Source: Sphingobacteriales bacterium (lineage in GTDB: Bacteria; Bacteroidota; Bacteroidia; Sphingobacteriales; Sphingobacteriaceae). From it: a stretch of DNA of 64,000 bases. The notes beneath the pieces were generated by a model. The model searched no databases and was not told the origin of the DNA. It was given only the letters and a program-made list of their open reading frames with translations. The stretch is from NCBI GenBank assembly GCA_038243635.1, contig JBBSQW010000011.1:28914-92913 (forward strand). The letters run 5' to 3'. A program made the translations under genes and the position numbers. Below, piece by piece: positions 51,177-60,683 of this stretch; positions within the stretch are counted from its first letter, which is position 1, and the number at the start of each line of letters is the position of its first letter.

Positions 51177-53765
51177 ATGAAAGAAGCTAATAAACTCAAC
51201 AAACCCCAAAGCTGGCGAAAATGGGGTCCATACCTATCCGAAAGACAATGGGGAACAGTTAGAGAAGATTACAGTGTAAATGGCGATGCTTGGGAATATG
51301 TTTCGCATGATATGGCCCGAAGTAAGGCTTACCGTTGGGGTGAAGAAGGAATTGGCGGACTAAGCGATGATCAGCAAGTTTTGTGCTTGGCAACGGCTTA
51401 TTGGAACGGCAAAGACCCGATTTTAAAAGAGCGACTCTTTGGACTCACCAACCCAGAAGGTAACCATGGTGAAGACGTAAAAGAACTTTATTATTACTTA
51501 GATAACGTTCCTTCCCACAGTTACATGAAGTTTCTGTACAAATATCCACAAGGTGAATTTCCGTATCAACAGCTTTTGGCTGAAAACAAAAAAAGAGGAA
51601 AACAGGATCCAGAATTTGAGCTTATTGATACTGGACTATTTGACGACGACCAATATTTTGATGTTTTCACCGAGTATGCAAAAAACACAGAAAACGACAT
51701 CCTGATTCAATATACCATTCATAATCGTGGCAGCGAGGATGCAGTGCTGCACTTTTTACCTACACTTTGGTTTAGAAATCCATTGGATTGGAGCGAGAGT
51801 AACAGACCAGTTATTTCTCCATTAGATTGCGACGTTTTAATGTTGCAAACCAAAAAACTAGGCAATTATTACTGTTATTTGGAAGAGCAAGCGCCTTTCT
51901 TATTTACCGAAAACGAATCCAACAATCAAAAGCTTTATAATTCCACTAATACAAGCAAACACGTAAAAGATGGAATAAACGATTATGTAGTCAACGGTAA
52001 AACAGAAGCCATAAACGAACAACAAAACGGCACTAAAGTCGCAATTCACTATCAAAAAACGATACCCACGAAAGGCAGTGTGACCATTAGACTGCGACTA
52101 AGTGATCAAAAAAACAGTAACCCTTTTAAAGATTTCGAAGCTATTTTCAAAGCTCAGCTATCGCTGGCTGATGACTTTTATGCGGAGAAACAAAAAGGAA
52201 AAAATGAAGATCAAAAACTGGTACAAAGACAGGCTTGGGCCGGAATGTTATGGAGCAAACAGTTTTATTACTACTATGTTAAAGAGTGGCTAGAAGGTGA
52301 TAAAAACGAACCTGCGCCGCCGCTGAATCACCAACGAGGGCGAAATAAAGATTGGGAACACTTGATGGCTGCAGATATTATTTCTATGCCCGATAATTGG
52401 GAGTATCCATGGTTTGCTGCATGGGATTTAGCTTTTCACTGCATCCCGCTAGCAAGTATTGACATTGGTTTTGCCAAACAGCAAATTTTATTACTGATTA
52501 CAGAACGTTATATGCATCCAAACGGGCAATTCCCAGCTTACGAGTGGAATTTTAGTGATGTAAATCCGCCGGTACATTCATGGGCGGCTTGGAAAATTTA
52601 TGAAATGGAGAAAAAAAATACCGGTAAAGGTGATTTGATTTTCTTAGAGCGGATGTTCCATAAAATGTTGCTTAATTTTAATTGGTGGGTAAATAGAAAA
52701 GACACCGAAGGCAATAACATTTTTGAAGGAGGCTTTTTAGGACTGGATAATATTGGTGTTTTTGATCGAAGCAAACCTTTGCCGGGCGGAGGAATTCTGG
52801 AACAATCTGATGGAACCAGTTGGATGGCGATGTATGCACTTAATATGATGCGAATTGCCATGGAACTCTCTTACCAGAACCACGTTTATGAAGATATGGC
52901 GGTAAAATTCTCCGAACACTTTTTCTACATCGCCGGAGCCATGGCTAACATGAACAATGTAGAAGGCGCAGGACTTTGGGACGAAGAAGATGGTTTTTAT
53001 TACGACATGTTGCACAGCGACGATGGGGACTGGAAAAGATTACGCCTGAGAACATTGGTCGGTTTACTTCCGTTAATAGCGGTAGAAGTTATTGAAGAAA
53101 ACAAATGGGACAAACTACCTAGGTTGGTTTCGCACATTAAATGGTTTACGGAACAAAGACCTGACTTAGCTATGTTAGTAAGCAATTGGGAGGGTAAAGA
53201 CGGAAAATCACAGTTATTAAGTTTGCTAAGAGGGCACCGAATGAAATGCCTTTTACGCAGAATGTTAGACGAAAATGAATTTTTCTCTGATTTTGGTATT
53301 CGTTCGGTATCTAAAGTTTACGAAGAAAACCCTTTTATTTTTGAGCTTGGCGGGGAAGTTTTTGAAGTAAAATACACTCCGGCCGAAAGCGATACCGGGA
53401 TGTTTGGCGGTAATAGCAATTGGCGTGGCCCGATTTGGATGCCCGTAAACTATTTATTAATAGAATCCATGTATCGTTTTCATGATTACTACGGTGATGA
53501 TTTCAAGATAGAAATGCCCACTGGATCTGGTCAATACACCACTTTAAAAGATGCGGCTAATGAAGTTTCTCATAGATTGATAGCTATATTTTTGAAAGAC
53601 AGCAACGGACAACGAGCTGTTTTTGGCGATAACAAAAAATTACAAGAAGACCCACACTTTAAGGATTACATTTTATTTCACGAGTATTTTAACGGAGATA
53701 ATGGCAAAGGTTTAGGCGCAAGTCATCAAACAGGATGGACTGGATTGGTTGCGATGTTGATTTGA
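51177..53765 (+). CDS. GH63-like glucosidase (MGH1-like six-hairpin glycoside hydrolase), cytoplasmic
   Basis: 862 aa; N-terminal WRKWGPYLSERQWGTVREDYS...AWEY block characteristic of this family; (alpha/alpha)6-type C-terminal region. Confidence 0.55.
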   Translation: MKEANKLNKPQSWRKWGPYLSERQWGTVREDYSVNGDAWEYVSHDMARSKAYRWGEEGIGGLSDDQQVLCLATAYWNGKDPILKERLFGLTNPEGNHGEDVKELYYYLDNVPSHSYMKFLYKYPQGEFPYQQLLAENKKRGKQDPEFELIDTGLFDDDQYFDVFTEYAKNTENDILIQYTIHNRGSEDAVLHFLPTLWFRNPLDWSESNRPVISPLDCDVLMLQTKKLGNYYCYLEEQAPFLFTENESNNQKLYNSTNTSKHVKDGINDYVVNGKTEAINEQQNGTKVAIHYQKTIPTKGSVTIRLRLSDQKNSNPFKDFEAIFKAQLSLADDFYAEKQKGKNEDQKLVQRQAWAGMLWSKQFYYYYVKEWLEGDKNEPAPPLNHQRGRNKDWEHLMAADIISMPDNWEYPWFAAWDLAFHCIPLASIDIGFAKQQILLLITERYMHPNGQFPAYEWNFSDVNPPVHSWAAWKIYEMEKKNTGKGDLIFLERMFHKMLLNFNWWVNRKDTEGNNIFEGGFLGLDNIGVFDRSKPLPGGGILEQSDGTSWMAMYALNMMRIAMELSYQNHVYEDMAVKFSEHFFYIAGAMANMNNVEGAGLWDEEDGFYYDMLHSDDGDWKRLRLRTLVGLLPLIAVEVIEENKWDKLPRLVSHIKWFTEQRPDLAMLVSNWEGKDGKSQLLSLLRGHRMKCLLRRMLDENEFFSDFGIRSVSKVYEENPFIFELGGEVFEVKYTPAESDTGMFGGNSNWRGPIWMPVNYLLIESMYRFHDYYGDDFKIEMPTGSGQYTTLKDAANEVSHRLIAIFLKDSNGQRAVFGDNKKLQEDPHFKDYILFHEYFNGDNGKGLGASHQTGWTGLVAMLI

Positions 53766-53769
53766 GTGA

Positions 53770-54120
53770 TTAGTTTGACTGGTTAATCAAACCATTGATT
53801 TCTTCTTTCAACAAAGGAAGATGTTTTATGAGTATTGCCCAAATATTCTCGTCTGAGATATTATCGTAAGCATGGATTACTTGATTTCTCAAACTAATTA
53901 TAGCTTTTGATTTTGTAATTTGATCTGCAATCTCAGGGTTTTGCTTTAGTATCCGATTGAGAGCTTCTCCTATAATTTCGAGATTTCTTTCGACAGCCCT
54001 CTTCAACATCAAGTTTTTCTTATATTTCGAAAAATCCTTTGCTTCGCTAGCAATGAATAAATCTATCTCGTCTATCGCAATTTTAACGTCGAAAAGCCAT
54101 TTAAGAATCCGCTCATCCAT
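53770..54120 (-). CDS. hepT: HepT-like (DUF86) RNase toxin
   Basis: 116 aa; RNQVIHAY (Rx4HxY) motif. Confidence 0.8.
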   Translation of the reverse strand: MDERILKWLFDVKIAIDEIDLFIASEAKDFSKYKKNLMLKRAVERNLEIIGEALNRILKQNPEIADQITKSKAIISLRNQVIHAYDNISDENIWAILIKHLPLLKEEINGLINQSN

Positions 54121-54412
54121 ACACTATCTTTTTCGAATTATTGATAGAATTAATAAGAATTGGGTTTTTTAGTGCTTGCTCTTCTAACAAATCAACTTTC
54201 CTTTTAAAAAGTGATTCTAAATTTTCTTTAAATCCAATATAATTATCAAAATATTCGGAAAGTTCTATGGGTTTAAATTTAACCAGAAAATCTAAGTCGC
54301 TTTTCTCGTTGAATTTAGAATTCATTGCTGAACCAAATAGGTACATTTTCTCAACCTGAAAAGTTTGACAAAGTTTTGTAAATGAATCTTTATGTTGCTC
54401 AACAACTCTCAT
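54113..54412 (-). CDS. mntA: MntA-like minimal nucleotidyltransferase antitoxin
   Basis: 99 aa; LFGSAMNSKFNEKSDLDFLV (GSx9-13DxD) motif; overlaps hepT by 8 nt. Confidence 0.8.
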   Translation of the reverse strand: MRVVEQHKDSFTKLCQTFQVEKMYLFGSAMNSKFNEKSDLDFLVKFKPIELSEYFDNYIGFKENLESLFKRKVDLLEEQALKNPILINSINNSKKIVYG

Positions 54413-54572
54413 AGTACGAATATATTAAAAAATCACCATTGTAAACCTGTGGATTTTTAACATAATAAAAACTTATAGATGAATGGTGTTTTAAAAGTCT
54501 CCTCAAAAAATACAACCCTCCCATTACGTCCTAAAATTAATTCTAAAATTCCCGAGCTTTTTTTTCTTAAAT

Positions 54573-55643
54573 TTGTACGCTATGCAGTCTAAAATCAATC
54601 AATACACTACCGAAATCAATGCTTTTGAACCCAAAACAGCAGAAGACTTAGAGACCTTCCGTATTAAGTTTTTAGGTACAAAAGGAATTATCAAAGATTT
54701 ATTTGACGAGTTTAAAGCGGTATCGCCCGAAGAAAAACGCGTTTTAGGAAAAGTGTTGAATCAGTTTAAGCAACTCGCGGAAGCTAAGTTTAACGATTAC
54801 AAGGACAACTTCACTGCTGGTGATACGCAGACCAATAAGGATGACTTAACCTTACCAGGTGAAGGATTCGAAATCGGCGGTCGTCATCCACTTAACTTAG
54901 TACGTAAAGAAATTGTGGAAATTTTCAAGCGTTTAGGCTTTGTTTTAGCAGAAGGCCCTGAGATTGAAGACGATTGGCATAATTTCTCTGCATTAAATTT
55001 CCCCGAAGAACACCCCGCGAGAGATATGCAGGATACATTTTTTGTACAAAAACCAACAGGTAACGCAGAAAACACGCTAGAAGAAAACGGGAAAGGTTCT
55101 TACGCATTACGTACTCACACATCTTCGGTTCAAGTGCGATTAATGGAGGCTGGCAATCCACCTTTCAGAGCTTTAATGCCAGGAAGAGTTTATCGTAATG
55201 AAGCAATTTCTGCTCGGGCACATTGCTTTTTCCATCAAGTGGAAGGGTTATATGTTGATGAAAACGTTTCTTTTGCTGACTTAAAGCAAACCTTGTATTA
55301 CTTCGTTCAAGAATTATACGGCGAAGGTACAAAAGTTAGATTCCGCCCTTCTTATTTCCCTTTTACCGAGCCATCTGCAGAGATGGATATTTCTTGCACT
55401 ATTTGTAAAGGGGATGGTTGCCAAATGTGTAAACATAGCGGTTGGGTAGAAATTTTAGGTTGCGGAATGATCGATCCTAACGTTTTAGATAACGTAAACA
55501 TCAATTCAAAAAAATACACTGGTTTTGCTTTCGGAATGGGAATAGAAAGAATCACCAATTTAAAATATCAGATTAAAGATTTGCGCTTATTTTCTGAGAA
55601 CGATGTTCGTTTCTTAAAGCAATTCCAAACTGAAGTGATTTAA
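54573..55643 (+). CDS. pheS: Phenylalanine--tRNA ligase alpha subunit
   Basis: 356 aa; class II aaRS motifs (FRPSYFPFTEPSAE, GFAFGMGIERI). Confidence 0.95.
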   Translation: MYAMQSKINQYTTEINAFEPKTAEDLETFRIKFLGTKGIIKDLFDEFKAVSPEEKRVLGKVLNQFKQLAEAKFNDYKDNFTAGDTQTNKDDLTLPGEGFEIGGRHPLNLVRKEIVEIFKRLGFVLAEGPEIEDDWHNFSALNFPEEHPARDMQDTFFVQKPTGNAENTLEENGKGSYALRTHTSSVQVRLMEAGNPPFRALMPGRVYRNEAISARAHCFFHQVEGLYVDENVSFADLKQTLYYFVQELYGEGTKVRFRPSYFPFTEPSAEMDISCTICKGDGCQMCKHSGWVEILGCGMIDPNVLDNVNINSKKYTGFAFGMGIERITNLKYQIKDLRLFSENDVRFLKQFQTEVI

Positions 55644-56060
55644 ATGAAGAAAATCGCGTTTTATTTTCCGCTATTCACAATTTTACTGATACAATCTTGT
55701 GGTAAAGAGAAAAACTACATCACGGATGTTCCCGTGGATATACGTATCCCGATTAACGATTATCGCTTTTCGGCATTAAATAGCGCTGGTGGATTTGTGA
55801 TTGTTAATGGCGGAGTTGCTGGAATTATCTTATACAAAAAAACTACAGGGCAAATAGTAGCGTACGACAGATGTAGCACTTATAATCCCGAAAGTAAATG
55901 TGCTGTAAACGTAAGTGACCCAAGCATTACCGCAACAGATCCTTGTTCTGGATCTATATTTACTTTAGAAGATGGATATTCCATAAAAGCACCAGCTACG
56001 CGACCATTAAAGCAGTATCAGGTTACTGTAACTAGCTCGCAACTTAACGTTTACAATTAA
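55644..56060 (+). CDS. Lipoprotein of unknown function
   Basis: 138 aa; lipobox LIQSCG; starts at the pheS stop. Confidence 0.5.
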   Translation: MKKIAFYFPLFTILLIQSCGKEKNYITDVPVDIRIPINDYRFSALNSAGGFVIVNGGVAGIILYKKTTGQIVAYDRCSTYNPESKCAVNVSDPSITATDPCSGSIFTLEDGYSIKAPATRPLKQYQVTVTSSQLNVYN

Positions 56061-56063
56061 TTT

Positions 56064-56639
56064 ATGGAAGTCGATAAAATAAAAGAAAGTATAAAAAAAG
56101 CCGCTCAAGATCTTTTCCGTAAGTATGGTTATCACAAAACTAGTGTAAACGAGATTGCCAAAAAAGCTAAAATTGCTAAAGCCACCATTTACAAATATTT
56201 TGAGAGTAAGGAACTGGTGTTACATGCTATTTTGATGGATTACTTAAAGGTGAGCATCAATGATTTGGTACATCAGAACAGTAAAAACATCAACAAAGAA
56301 GAACATTTAACTTTATTGATTTTGAGAGTCAGCAAGCTTTCTTATACCGTTTGTAACGAATTTATTGGTTGGGATTTCATAAGAGAGTCTACCAATGCAC
56401 AAGAGTTTTTAAAGAACCTTTCTGATGAGCTAGAACGTTTACTTTATCAAGAGTTTTTAGGTATTGAAGAGCTGAATAATGACGAAACTTATCCTGAAAG
56501 ACTTCGTTTTTTGATTAAGGCCAGTAAGAGTATTATTTTCTCCTTTGCCTTTACGTCGGTTAGCGATGCGGACGTTCGTAAGAACTTTATTTCTTTCCAG
56601 AAAGAAATTTTACCTTATTTGGTCAAGGCTGCTTTGTAG
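56064..56639 (+). CDS. TetR/AcrR-family transcriptional regulator
   Basis: 191 aa; HTH TSVNEIAKKAKIAKATIYKYFESKE. Confidence 0.85.
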   Translation: MEVDKIKESIKKAAQDLFRKYGYHKTSVNEIAKKAKIAKATIYKYFESKELVLHAILMDYLKVSINDLVHQNSKNINKEEHLTLLILRVSKLSYTVCNEFIGWDFIRESTNAQEFLKNLSDELERLLYQEFLGIEELNNDETYPERLRFLIKASKSIIFSFAFTSVSDADVRKNFISFQKEILPYLVKAAL

Positions 56640-56753
56640 ATAGACAATTCGTCACGTCGACGAGCGAGGACATCTAACAGATAGGTAAAAAATTCTAACA
56701 GCAGATTCCGCTTGTGAGAATTCTCTTTTACCCAGGTAAGCGTAGAAACGGAA

Positions 56754-57296
56754 TTATTGAATCTTATTCTTTTCTCTAGACCGCTTATAAATTTTCACTG
56801 CCATCATAATTGCTGAAGCAAAAATCACCAAGCCTACCAAGCCGTAGACCCAGTCGACGGCGCTTTTCAAAATCACAGTAAAAACAATTGCAACTAAAAA
56901 GATAGTAGCTAACTCGTTCCACAAGCGAAGCTGTGTGCTTGTTAACCAGAATCTTCCATTCTTCAACTGTCCAATAATCCCAGCGCACATAAAGTGGTAG
57001 ATAAGCAAACCAACAACAAAAGCTAGTTTGACCCACATCCAATTGGTATGCAAAAGACTAGGGTTAAGATAAAGCATGGTTAAACCAGCAGCAACCGACA
57101 ATACCATCGCTGGCGTGGTGATGATATTCCATAGCTTAGATTCCATAATCTGAAATTGCTTTTGCAGAATCAAACGCTCTTGCTCTGGCTTATCATTAGC
57201 CTCAGTATGGTAAATAAACAAGCGCACAATATAAAACAAGCCTGCCATCCAGCTCACTACGAAAATAATATGAATAGCAAGTACGTATCTGTACAT
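56754..57296 (-). CDS. hemJ: Protoporphyrinogen IX oxidase HemJ (CopD-like membrane protein)
   Basis: 180 aa; N-terminus LAIHIIFVVSWMAGLFYIVRLFIYHTEA matches HemJ family (HxxxxxxW...LFYLxRLFVYH); 4-5 TM helices; adjacent to hemE. Confidence 0.75.
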   Translation of the reverse strand: MYRYVLAIHIIFVVSWMAGLFYIVRLFIYHTEANDKPEQERLILQKQFQIMESKLWNIITTPAMVLSVAAGLTMLYLNPSLLHTNWMWVKLAFVVGLLIYHFMCAGIIGQLKNGRFWLTSTQLRLWNELATIFLVAIVFTVILKSAVDWVYGLVGLVIFASAIMMAVKIYKRSREKNKIQ

Positions 57297-57552
57297 TTTT
57301 AGGTTGTTAGGTGTAAGTTTGTTAGGTGGTTAGGACTTAGTTGGTTTGATGATTAGTTTGGTAGGTGGTTTGGATCCAGTTAGTTTGGTGGTTAGTTTGT
57401 TAGATACTTAATTAGTGATTTGATTGAAAGTGAGCGGTGATGATTTGTAACTCCATTTGACACGCTATATGCCTAAAAAATTAACAAAGTCACTCCTAAC
57501 AAACTAAAAAACTTCTAAGCCTAAAAACTAACCACCTAACCCCTAACAAACT
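57297..57552. repeat. Low-complexity GT-rich (TTAGG/TTTGG/TTAGT) tract with inverted AC-rich partner
   Basis: 57297-57420 GT-rich arm; 57489-57552 AC-rich arm (cctaacaaacta...ctaaccacctaacccctaacaaacta) whose reverse complement matches arm-1 motifs (gtttgttaggtggttagg). Confidence 0.6.
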
Positions 57553-58576
57553 AGTACTTAAATTCTTTAACCACCTCAACCGCGTACTTTACGTGATCAA
57601 AAGGAATATCTGGCATGATACCATGACCTAGATTGAAGATAAATCCATCTTCGCCACGCATACGCTCAAATAAACGATGGATGCGATCTTTAATTACGTG
57701 TTTATCTGCATACAAAATATGCGGATCCAAGTTACCTTGAACAGCAATATTGGATGGCATTATGTTTTTAATATTTCTTAAATCTGCGTTCCAATCAACA
57801 GATACCACATCTGGCTTTGACTCTGCCATTAAAGGCGCAAACACTGAACTTCCTTTACAGAAAGAAATTACAGGAACATCTTTTCTATTTAATTTAGAGA
57901 TGATATCCACGTTATATTGGTGCGAAAACTCTTTGTAATCATCCCAACACAAGGAAAGTGCCCAGCTATCAAACAACTGCACCGCATTAACGCCGGCAGC
58001 AATCTGTAGGTTTAAATAATCGATAGTCACAGCAGCAATTTTACTCAATAATTTATGAGCTAAAGCCGGCTGGTTATGAATGAAAAGTTTGGTTAATTTA
58101 AAATCTTTTGAAGAACCGCCTTCTATTAAATAGCTCATCACGGTAAAAGGAGCTCCAGCAAAACCAATTAAAGGAAGAGAACCGTTTAAGCGTTGTTGAA
58201 TAACTTTAATTGCATCAGCAACATATTGCAAGTTATCCATCACATCAACACGTAAATTGTCAATGTCCTTTTCATTTTTGATAGGATTAGCAAATCTTGG
58301 TCCTATACCTTGAGTAAAGCTTAAATCACCACCCATTGCTTCACCAGTCACCAAAATATCGCAAAATAAAATAGCGGCGTCAATTCCCAATAAATCTACA
58401 GGCAACATGGTTACGTCAGCAGCAATTTCTGGGGTTTTACACATTTCTAAAAACGAGTATTTGTTCTTAATTTCCCAATACTCGGGCATAAAACGGCCTG
58501 CTTGACGCATCATCCAAACTGGTGGGCGCTCTGTTTTTCTAGAAAACGCCGAATCTATAAACAAGGAATTCATCAT
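57551..58576 (-). CDS. hemE: Uroporphyrinogen decarboxylase
   Basis: 341 aa; N-terminal PVWMMRQAGR motif, conserved URO-D fold. Confidence 0.95.
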   Translation of the reverse strand: MMNSLFIDSAFSRKTERPPVWMMRQAGRFMPEYWEIKNKYSFLEMCKTPEIAADVTMLPVDLLGIDAAILFCDILVTGEAMGGDLSFTQGIGPRFANPIKNEKDIDNLRVDVMDNLQYVADAIKVIQQRLNGSLPLIGFAGAPFTVMSYLIEGGSSKDFKLTKLFIHNQPALAHKLLSKIAAVTIDYLNLQIAAGVNAVQLFDSWALSLCWDDYKEFSHQYNVDIISKLNRKDVPVISFCKGSSVFAPLMAESKPDVVSVDWNADLRNIKNIMPSNIAVQGNLDPHILYADKHVIKDRIHRLFERMRGEDGFIFNLGHGIMPDIPFDHVKYAVEVVKEFKY

Positions 58577-59088
58577 CTAATCTTCTGTATTTCTTTTTCG
58601 ATATTACTTAATATACTCTTGTATTTTGCAGTTAAAGGCAAATTTTCAGCTTGCTTAATCCACACCATTCCCTTTTCTTTATCCTTATTTCTAAGGCTAA
58701 TGTTCGCCAAATGCATTAAGGCTACGCCCAAATCACTAGCTCGCAAACCTAACACTGCTGACTTTCCTAGATACAATTCAGCTGTATCATAATCTGCGTT
58801 AGCAACTGCAATACTACCCAACATAAAGTGATAATAAGGCTTTCTGCGTTTATTTAAAAGTTCTGGATTTTTTACGCTATGCAATAAAGCTTTTGCTTTA
58901 TCGTAGTTTTTGAGCTTGAACTGCTTTGCGGCTAAAATGATAGGGCCTTCTTTAAAATATCCCCACATTACCAAAGCAATAAACATCCCGCTTAAGGCGG
59001 CAATCTCGTAAACTTTTAGCCAAGTAGCCAAGCCAGCAACCAAAGCCAGCAAAAAGCAAACTAAAATCCTCGCTTGGTTGCTAAACAT
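58573..59088 (-). CDS. Membrane-anchored TPR-like protein, unknown function
   Basis: 171 aa; two N-terminal TM helices; overlaps hemE start by 4 nt. Confidence 0.5.
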   Translation of the reverse strand: MFSNQARILVCFLLALVAGLATWLKVYEIAALSGMFIALVMWGYFKEGPIILAAKQFKLKNYDKAKALLHSVKNPELLNKRRKPYYHFMLGSIAVANADYDTAELYLGKSAVLGLRASDLGVALMHLANISLRNKDKEKGMVWIKQAENLPLTAKYKSILSNIEKEIQKIR

Positions 59089-59090
59089 TT

Positions 59091-59798
59091 TTATGCGTGA
59101 CCGTCGGTAAATTTATAACCTACCCCACGAATTGAGTGGAAATAAATTGGATTTTTTTGATCGGGTTCAAAGTACTTTCTAAACGTTAAAATAAAATTAT
59201 CAATGGTACGAGTTGATGGATAAACATCATAATTCCATACCGTTTCTAAAATCTGCTCACGCGAAACCGCCTCGTCTTTACGCTCAATCAAAAGCTTTAA
59301 CAACATGGTTTCTTTTTTGGTTAACGCGGTAATAGTTCCATCATCATTTTTCAACTCAAAAGAATTAAAATAAATGGTTTTATCACCAATCTTATAGGAG
59401 TTAATTTCTTTCAAATCATCACCTTTCATGCTTCTTTTAATCAAATTATTGACTCTTAAAATCAATTCTTCTAAATTAAAAGGTTTGGTTAAATAATCGT
59501 CCGCTCCTTTTTTTAAACCTGTAATTCTGTCTTCAGATGTATTTTTGGCAGTTAAAAACATGATGGGCACTTCGCTGTTTTCTAAACGAATTGTTTCCGC
59601 AACTTGGAAACCATCAATTTCCGGAACCATTACATCTAAAATGATCAAGTTGAATTTCTCCTCCTTATACACTTTAAGTGCCTTTTTACCATCGGTAACG
59701 GCTCTAACAAAAAAGCCTTCCATTTCTAAATTCAGTTTGATGGCCTCTAAAAGATGTTCTTCATCTTCCATCAATAAAATTCTTTGTTTTGCAGACAT
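59091..59798 (-). CDS. OmpR/PhoB-family response regulator
   Basis: 235 aa; receiver domain (LLMEDEEHL...ILDVMVP...LTAK) and winged-helix output (ILETVWNYDVYPSTRTIDNFILTFRKYF). Confidence 0.9.
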   Translation of the reverse strand: MSAKQRILLMEDEEHLLEAIKLNLEMEGFFVRAVTDGKKALKVYKEEKFNLIILDVMVPEIDGFQVAETIRLENSEVPIMFLTAKNTSEDRITGLKKGADDYLTKPFNLEELILRVNNLIKRSMKGDDLKEINSYKIGDKTIYFNSFELKNDDGTITALTKKETMLLKLLIERKDEAVSREQILETVWNYDVYPSTRTIDNFILTFRKYFEPDQKNPIYFHSIRGVGYKFTDGHA

Positions 59799-59811
59799 GT
59801 TCTTTTTCTAT

Positions 59812-60681
59812 TTAATTAAAAGAGACTTCAAAAACCGTTCCCTTTGGTTGGTTATTTTTAACTTTAATTTGAGCTTGGTGATGATCTAAAACTTGTTTCA
59901 CAATAAACAAACCTAAACCAGTGCCTTTTGTTCTTCGGGTATCTTCGCTTCCCACCCTATAAAATTTGTTAAATACTTTCAGTTTTTCATCATCCGGAAT
60001 ACCGATACCTAAATCAGCAACTTTAAAACACACTGTGCCGTTTGCTTTACGATGCAAATCAATATGAACCGGGACACAACTTGGCGAATATTTCACCGCG
60101 TTTTCAATTAAGTTAGTCACTACGGACGACATAGCAAACTGATCACCAGTAATATAAACATTGGGATCAATAGAGGTGATGATAGATTCTTTACTGCAAA
60201 CATGAATCTGCAAACGCGAAACAATTTTTTCTACCAATTCTGATAGGTTTAACTCTTCTTTAGGAAAGCTGTATGATTTATTCTCGATTTTGGTAGCCAA
60301 TAACATGTTCTCCACCAAATCGTCTAACCTTTCTATATCTAATAAACACTTAGAAATAAAACTGCGTTGCTGTTCTTTATCAAGTTCGCGTTTATTGATG
60401 GTTTGTAGGTAGAGTTTAATAGATGCCAAAGGCGATTTAAGTTCGTGAGTAACAGAAAGTAAGAAGTTTTTTTGCTGATCACTCGTCCTTCTCTCTCTAT
60501 TAATTGCTTGGTGAAGTTTATAAATACCAAAGGTCATCATGGTAATAAAAACGAAACCTTCACCTATAACCATTCCACGCCGGGCGGGCTGCAACTCAAC
60601 CAATAATGCGGCCCACCAAAAAAGTTGGGAAATCACGTAAAAAACGAGTGCATAGAATATGGTAATAGGTTTTAAACGCAT
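59812..60681 (-). CDS. Sensor histidine kinase (short, two TM helices)
   Basis: 289 aa; H-box SVTHELKSPLASIKLYL, HATPase N/G boxes (TNLIENAVKYS, GTGLGLFIVK). Confidence 0.9.
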   Translation of the reverse strand: MRLKPITIFYALVFYVISQLFWWAALLVELQPARRGMVIGEGFVFITMMTFGIYKLHQAINRERRTSDQQKNFLLSVTHELKSPLASIKLYLQTINKRELDKEQQRSFISKCLLDIERLDDLVENMLLATKIENKSYSFPKEELNLSELVEKIVSRLQIHVCSKESIITSIDPNVYITGDQFAMSSVVTNLIENAVKYSPSCVPVHIDLHRKANGTVCFKVADLGIGIPDDEKLKVFNKFYRVGSEDTRRTKGTGLGLFIVKQVLDHHQAQIKVKNNQPKGTVFEVSFN

Positions 60682-60683
60682 AT

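Noticed and set aside
57297-57552. TTAGG repeats resembling arthropod telomeric repeats
   Set aside because: This is a coincidental simple-sequence motif within a bacterial operon spacer. The tract is short, imperfect and paired with its inverse.
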